Below, piece after piece: positions 47,562 through 51,651 of a stretch of DNA of 51,651 nucleotides. The stretch's first letter is position 1. Every line of letters begins with the position of its first letter. Source of the DNA: a virus (taxonomy: Duplodnaviria > Caudoviricetes); IMG/VR virus record IMGVR_UViG_3300030330_003470, positions 1 to 51,651 of that record. One strand, 5' to 3'. The position numbers and the translations under genes are program-made. The notes under the pieces are model-generated. The model made no database searches and was not told the origin of the DNA. It worked only from the letters and a program-made list of their open reading frames with translations.

Positions 47562-47731
47562 AAAAGAGAAGTTTAAAAACAGACCTATTTGTAGTAGGAT
47601 TAGGGTTTACTTATATACTATGTGTACTAATTTTTTTATTAGTCAGTAGTTGTAAATCCGCATCATCTTGTGAAGCATATGGTCAAAATAATATGAATCA
47701 TGGGAACATATCAGAAAATAAAGCAAGCTAA
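47558..47731 (+). CDS. Small membrane protein / lipoprotein, 57 aa
   Basis: ATGA overlap with the previous gene; MKKRSLKTDLFVVGLGFTYILCVLIFLLVSSC-KSASSCEAY has a lipobox-like VSSC. Confidence 0.55.
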   Translation: MKKRSLKTDLFVVGLGFTYILCVLIFLLVSSCKSASSCEAYGQNNMNHGNISENKAS

Positions 47732-47924
47732 AGCAGATATTACAAGACTAGAAAAAGAACTTGATCAGTCCGCATATTGGGCTGATTATGCAGTAAGAAA
47801 AGATCAATTAGAAAGTGCTAGACGCAAGTATAGAACTTTAAATAATGAACTTACTGTTCAAAATATTGTAATTGTATTAGCAATAATCATTGTAGCAGGC
47901 GTTGTTATAAGCTGCCTGCTTTAA
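47700..47924 (+). CDS. Coiled coil + C-terminal TM protein, 74 aa
   Basis: ORF track. Confidence 0.6.
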   Translation: MGTYQKIKQAKADITRLEKELDQSAYWADYAVRKDQLESARRKYRTLNNELTVQNIVIVLAIIIVAGVVISCLL

Positions 47925-47996
47925 GATTTTTTTAAGTGGATAAGAGTTAAGGTTGAAGGCATTGCGTCTTCAGCCTTATACTCGCAATACAAAAAT

Positions 47997-48428
47997 ATGA
48001 ATTTAAAAAAAGTAAGTATTGACCTTACAGAGGCTGATGTAGCCATAATGGTTAAAGATATTTGTAAAAACATACAAAGTGATGATAAAACTGAAGATAT
48101 AGCAAAATTACTTACAGAACTTTTATTAAAAAGTACAGAAGGTTGTAATCAATTTGTACAAATTATACTTGGTAATGGTTTACCAAATGCTTTTTGTGAT
48201 GGTGATGTAGTCAGGTGTTATTGGGATAGACTTTCTATGGGTCTTTCAGATGCTGATAAGATACATGAAGAACTTGTTAAAAATGATTTGATAAATGACA
48301 ATTTAGTTGTTTGTAAAGTACAATCATTTAGAGGTTATGCAGATTATTTCCCTTATACTATACAGTTTAAATATGGAGAAGATCTATATGCATCTTGTAG
48401 TATGGGATTTGAAGATGTGCATCCTTAA
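47997..48428 (+). CDS. Hypothetical protein, 143 aa
   Basis: ORF track. Confidence 0.7.
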   Translation: MNLKKVSIDLTEADVAIMVKDICKNIQSDDKTEDIAKLLTELLLKSTEGCNQFVQIILGNGLPNAFCDGDVVRCYWDRLSMGLSDADKIHEELVKNDLINDNLVVCKVQSFRGYADYFPYTIQFKYGEDLYASCSMGFEDVHP

Positions 48429-48570
48429 AAATATTATATTTTAGTCGAATATATGCTGATAGCAGATAACAAGGGAGAAATTAAAAAATATTTTTCCCTT
48501 GTTAGCTATATAATGTGATTTTTTTATCATTAGATAGTTAACTTTTAAAAATTTATTACGTACTTAGTAT

Positions 48571-48807
48571 ATGAATTATCAGTTACCTAACGGAAAAGTT
48601 ATCTATATCTCTATAGAAGAGTACTTATCTTTAACTGATGAAGACATCCAACATCTTATAGCTTTAGACTATGGTGATGTAGTCCAAAATCCCTTTAGTG
48701 GATCAGCAGTAGACACTAGAAAGAAACCAGAAGAGCCCAGAGAATTTTTAGATTTGAGCGAAGATGGTGAAGAATTTCCAGACATAAATCTATCAGATTT
48801 ATCTTAA
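48571..48807 (+). CDS. Acidic hypothetical protein, 78 aa
   Basis: MNYQLPNGKVIYISIEEYLSLTDEDIQ. Confidence 0.7.
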   Translation: MNYQLPNGKVIYISIEEYLSLTDEDIQHLIALDYGDVVQNPFSGSAVDTRKKPEEPREFLDLSEDGEEFPDINLSDLS

Positions 48808-48910
48808 TGTAAAATAGACTTAATAAAGTCAACTTACCTGTATTTTGAGCAAGTACAGGTATAGTATCGTGCTCACAAAATCAATTTATTTATTTATTAA
48901 AAATTAAATT

Positions 48911-49387
48911 ATGAATTCAAAAGTAGTAGTATTAGCAAATGAGAAAACAAAAGCAGTTGTTAACGTTAATGAAAACAAACCAGATTATGGTTACATTATG
49001 GTTGCACAATCAAAAATTGTAACAGGGTCTAATGGTTGGCTTGATGTTAAAAGAATTACTGCTGTAGTACCAGGTAATATGGAAAAATTAACAGGAGCAG
49101 GTTTCTATGAAGGACAAGAGCTTCCTGGTAAGATTCGTACACAAGAATCTTTAGAGCCATTTTCAGATGTAAATATTGAAAAGCAAATGAAGAGAGCAGG
49201 TGGTGAAAATGCACCAGTATGTACTCTTATGGGTAAGCCAATTTATCAGCAAAGAACTTGGACTGTAGATGCAAGTCTAGAGGATGAGTTAATTGCACAT
49301 GATAATAAGGATGAAATCCGTGCATATAATGCAAGTAAAGCAGATGCTGTTACACAGCAGAATGAAGATTTCTCTATAGGAGGATAA
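48911..49387 (+). CDS. Hypothetical protein, 158 aa (possible ssDNA-binding)
   Basis: Beta-rich, ends in acidic/aromatic NEDFSIGG. The function is only inferred. Confidence 0.7.
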   Translation: MNSKVVVLANEKTKAVVNVNENKPDYGYIMVAQSKIVTGSNGWLDVKRITAVVPGNMEKLTGAGFYEGQELPGKIRTQESLEPFSDVNIEKQMKRAGGENAPVCTLMGKPIYQQRTWTVDASLEDELIAHDNKDEIRAYNASKADAVTQQNEDFSIGG

Positions 49388-49497
49388 TTATAGGTTATAG
49401 AAAATGAAAAGAGAGTAGTGGTTTAAGCACGCCTTCCCAAGAGGTTTGACTACGCCACCTCTCTTTTCTATTTATGAATTAGTTAAAAATGTAAAAG

Positions 49498-49992
49498 ATG
49501 ACTTCGACTAAAAAACACAAATTTGAATACTCTGGTAAACTAGAAGAGTATCAGTTGTATAAGAAAAACACTTATACAGAATATGAGACAGACAAATATT
49601 CTCAATATCAAAACTTTCTATATAAGAGAGCTTTGTATGGTCTCAGGTCTTTACCTACTGAAGAGGTAGAAAAGATGAGTAAACAAAAGAAAATCAGGAT
49701 TAGCAAGGTGCACAGAAGAGCACAACGTGTTATAAATGAAGCTAAACAAAGAAAAGTAATAAGAATTACTAATAAAATGTTTAGCAAATGGTTTCCAGAT
49801 ACAACATTTACAAACTTTATGTTGAATAATACTGAAACGGATTATAAATTTAAGAATACTTTAAATTTTAAAGATTTAAATATGGATAAAGATGAAATAA
49901 TTCGTATATTTATGGAGGAAGGAATCTTAAGTTCAAACTTTTTAAGTTTAACTAGAGATCCTAATCAATTACCAAGACTAAAAAATGTATAA
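49498..49992 (+). CDS. Basic hypothetical protein, 164 aa
   Basis: ORF track. Confidence 0.7.
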   Translation: MTSTKKHKFEYSGKLEEYQLYKKNTYTEYETDKYSQYQNFLYKRALYGLRSLPTEEVEKMSKQKKIRISKVHRRAQRVINEAKQRKVIRITNKMFSKWFPDTTFTNFMLNNTETDYKFKNTLNFKDLNMDKDEIIRIFMEEGILSSNFLSLTRDPNQLPRLKNV

Positions 49993-50185
49993 GAATCAAG
50001 AATTATCAAAAATTGACCAAGAGTTTTTTGATTTGACTAAAAACTTTGATCTAGAAGATTGGAGAACAGTTAGAACAGAAGATTATTGGTGGGTTAAAAC
50101 CCCTATAGGTACTAAAAGACCTAGAACAAAATATGAAAAGCTAGATCTTCTTACACATTATGTCAATAAAGGTGTTCCAAAATGA
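49985..50185 (+). CDS. Hypothetical protein, 66 aa
   Basis: Overlaps both neighbours. Confidence 0.6.
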   Translation: MYKNQELSKIDQEFFDLTKNFDLEDWRTVRTEDYWWVKTPIGTKRPRTKYEKLDLLTHYVNKGVPK

Positions 50186-50586
50186 AACCAAAGTTAAAAG
50201 AATGTGACAGTTGTGGTAAAATGACTGTCATATGGAAGAATCATGAGGGTAATAGATATTGTAAATATTGCTGGAGTTGCCACAAAAGCAGTACAAACAA
50301 GCCACAGAAACCAAACGTATCTATCCCTCGTGTTTCTGCCAAAAGAAAGAAGAAAGATGCTGAATATCTTAAATTAAGAGAAAGGTATCTTACTCACAAT
50401 TCCTTATGTAAGGTTAAAGTTCATGGATGTAGCCAACAAGCTACTGATATCCATCATACATATGCAGGCAGTAACCGTGATACTTATTATTTAATACAAA
50501 GTACATGGATTCCTGTCTGTAGGAATTGTCATAACTGGATACATGATCATCCAGAAGAAGCAAGAATTATGAATTATTTAAAATAA
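50182..50586 (+). CDS. Zn-binding HNH-type nuclease, 134 aa
   Basis: CxxC/CxxC N-terminus, then C...C...TDIHH...VCRNCHNWIH. Confidence 0.75.
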   Translation: MKPKLKECDSCGKMTVIWKNHEGNRYCKYCWSCHKSSTNKPQKPNVSIPRVSAKRKKKDAEYLKLRERYLTHNSLCKVKVHGCSQQATDIHHTYAGSNRDTYYLIQSTWIPVCRNCHNWIHDHPEEARIMNYLK

Positions 50587-50590
50587 TTTT

Positions 50591-50812
50591 ATGAGACAAT
50601 TTAGAGCTGATAATAGAACTACTGTTTTTTTCAATTATACTAAATTGTATAATTCAACAGCTGGTGCTCATTTTATTGAGGTTAGACCAGGTGTAAAATT
50701 TTGGATACCAAGAGCGTGGATAACTAAGTTTAATAGAAAGAAAAAAAGAATAGAGGTTAAAGGTTATTGGGCCGATGAACTAAAATTAAAATTAAAAGGT
50801 ACAGTAAAATGA
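50591..50812 (+). CDS. Hypothetical protein, 73 aa
   Basis: Contains a FWIPRAWI motif. Confidence 0.65.
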   Translation: MRQFRADNRTTVFFNYTKLYNSTAGAHFIEVRPGVKFWIPRAWITKFNRKKKRIEVKGYWADELKLKLKGTVK

Positions 50813-51069
50813 TAGATAAAAATAAAAATTTAGATGAGCCTTCTTATGTATTAGTAAGAGCAAAAGGTGATATGTTGTATGATAATCATAGAGGATATTT
50901 TAAGTATAAAGATAAAAATGATGTTCATAACATAGTTAAGTTGGGTAGTAAAGAAGCTTTATCAGCCGCTGTTACTACAGCAAAAGCTCTTGCTCATGAA
51001 ACAGCAAAGCCTTTATGGTATAGAGTTATGAATTATTTAGAAGATAAATATAGAATAAAATATGGATAG
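50809..51069 (+). CDS. Hypothetical protein, 86 aa
   Basis: ORF track. Confidence 0.6.
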   Translation: MIDKNKNLDEPSYVLVRAKGDMLYDNHRGYFKYKDKNDVHNIVKLGSKEALSAAVTTAKALAHETAKPLWYRVMNYLEDKYRIKYG

Positions 51070-51651
51070 AGATAAAGTACAAGCTGAAGCTTTGAAAGCA
51101 ACTTTAGGTAAAGATAGATGTGGTTTAGCTTTAGCTACAGGCGTTGGTAAGACACTTGTTGCATTAAATCACTTAGAGAATCATTATTCTCCTATGTTAG
51201 AAATCCTTGTAGTTGCACCAAAACTGTCAATTTTTGATAGTTGGAAAGCAGAAGCACAAAAATTTGACAAAGAAAAGTTATTAACAAAAGCAGTGTTTAC
51301 AACTTACTTAAGCTTAAATAAACATAATCCAAAAGATTTTGACATAATATATTTAGATGAATGTCATAGTCTATTAGATTCTCATAGAACATTCTTAAAT
51401 GAATATAAAGGTAAAATTTTAGGTCTTACAGGTACACCACCAAAGTATGCTAATTCTGAAAAGGGTAAGCTAGTAAGTCAATTTTGTCCTATGATATATG
51501 AATTTGTTACTGACAGTGCAGTAGAGAATAATATTCTTAATGACTATCAAATAATTGTACATGAGCTTGAATTAAGCACAAAAAATAATTATCTAGTAGA
51601 GATGAAGAATAAAAGTTTTAGAACTTCAGAGCAAAAAAATTATGCATATTG
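51062..51651 (+). CDS. Superfamily 2 (DExH) helicase, partial at the window end
   Basis: Not in the track. MDRDKVQAEAL...LATGVGKT (Walker A)...LVVAP...YLDECH...LGLTGTP; open to the edge. Confidence 0.9.
   Translation, partial: MDRDKVQAEALKATLGKDRCGLALATGVGKTLVALNHLENHYSPMLEILVVAPKLSIFDSWKAEAQKFDKEKLLTKAVFTTYLSLNKHNPKDFDIIYLDECHSLLDSHRTFLNEYKGKILGLTGTPPKYANSEKGKLVSQFCPMIYEFVTDSAVENNILNDYQIIVHELELSTKNNYLVEMKNKSFRTSEQKNYAY

Noticed and set aside
1-51651. Genome-wide stop-codon reassignment, as in some crAss-like phages
   Set aside because: The long genes (terminase, portal, capsid, muzzle) are intact in the standard code, and TAG stops at 42916, 43529 and 44185 are followed by terminators.

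Overview
An AT-rich window from a lytic dsDNA phage genome with the gene order of a crAss-like (Crassvirales-related) phage. The host is probably an aquatic Bacteroidota: the window has a T9SS sorting domain, TAnnTTTG promoters and A-rich leaders without Shine-Dalgarno sites. It reads in the standard genetic code. Positions ~1-41.9 kb form a minus-strand late block: a zincin-motif cargo-like protein, stabilization/muzzle and ring proteins, Cys-rich fibre proteins, a cluster of tiny basic proteins, major capsid, scaffold, portal, large terminase, a PD-(D/E)XK nuclease, a lysis cassette, a metallophosphoesterase, LamG and collagen proteins, GroES and a T9SS-type secreted protein. After a strand switch near 41.95 kb comes a plus-strand early/middle block: single-gene cassettes built from a terminator plus a 23-nt repeated motif, a ~0.7 kb highly structured non-coding region followed by a TerD-like-domain gene, small hypothetical genes, an HNH nuclease and a partial SF2 helicase. 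The most striking unexplained signals are RNA-level. They are (i) the candidate large ornate ncRNA at ~44.57-45.27 kb, (ii) a 3'-UTR hairpin whose loop is the exact antisense of a leader motif found just before several late start codons, and (iii) two intergenic H-type pseudoknots. All protein family assignments come from reading motifs and gene order by eye; no database search was run.
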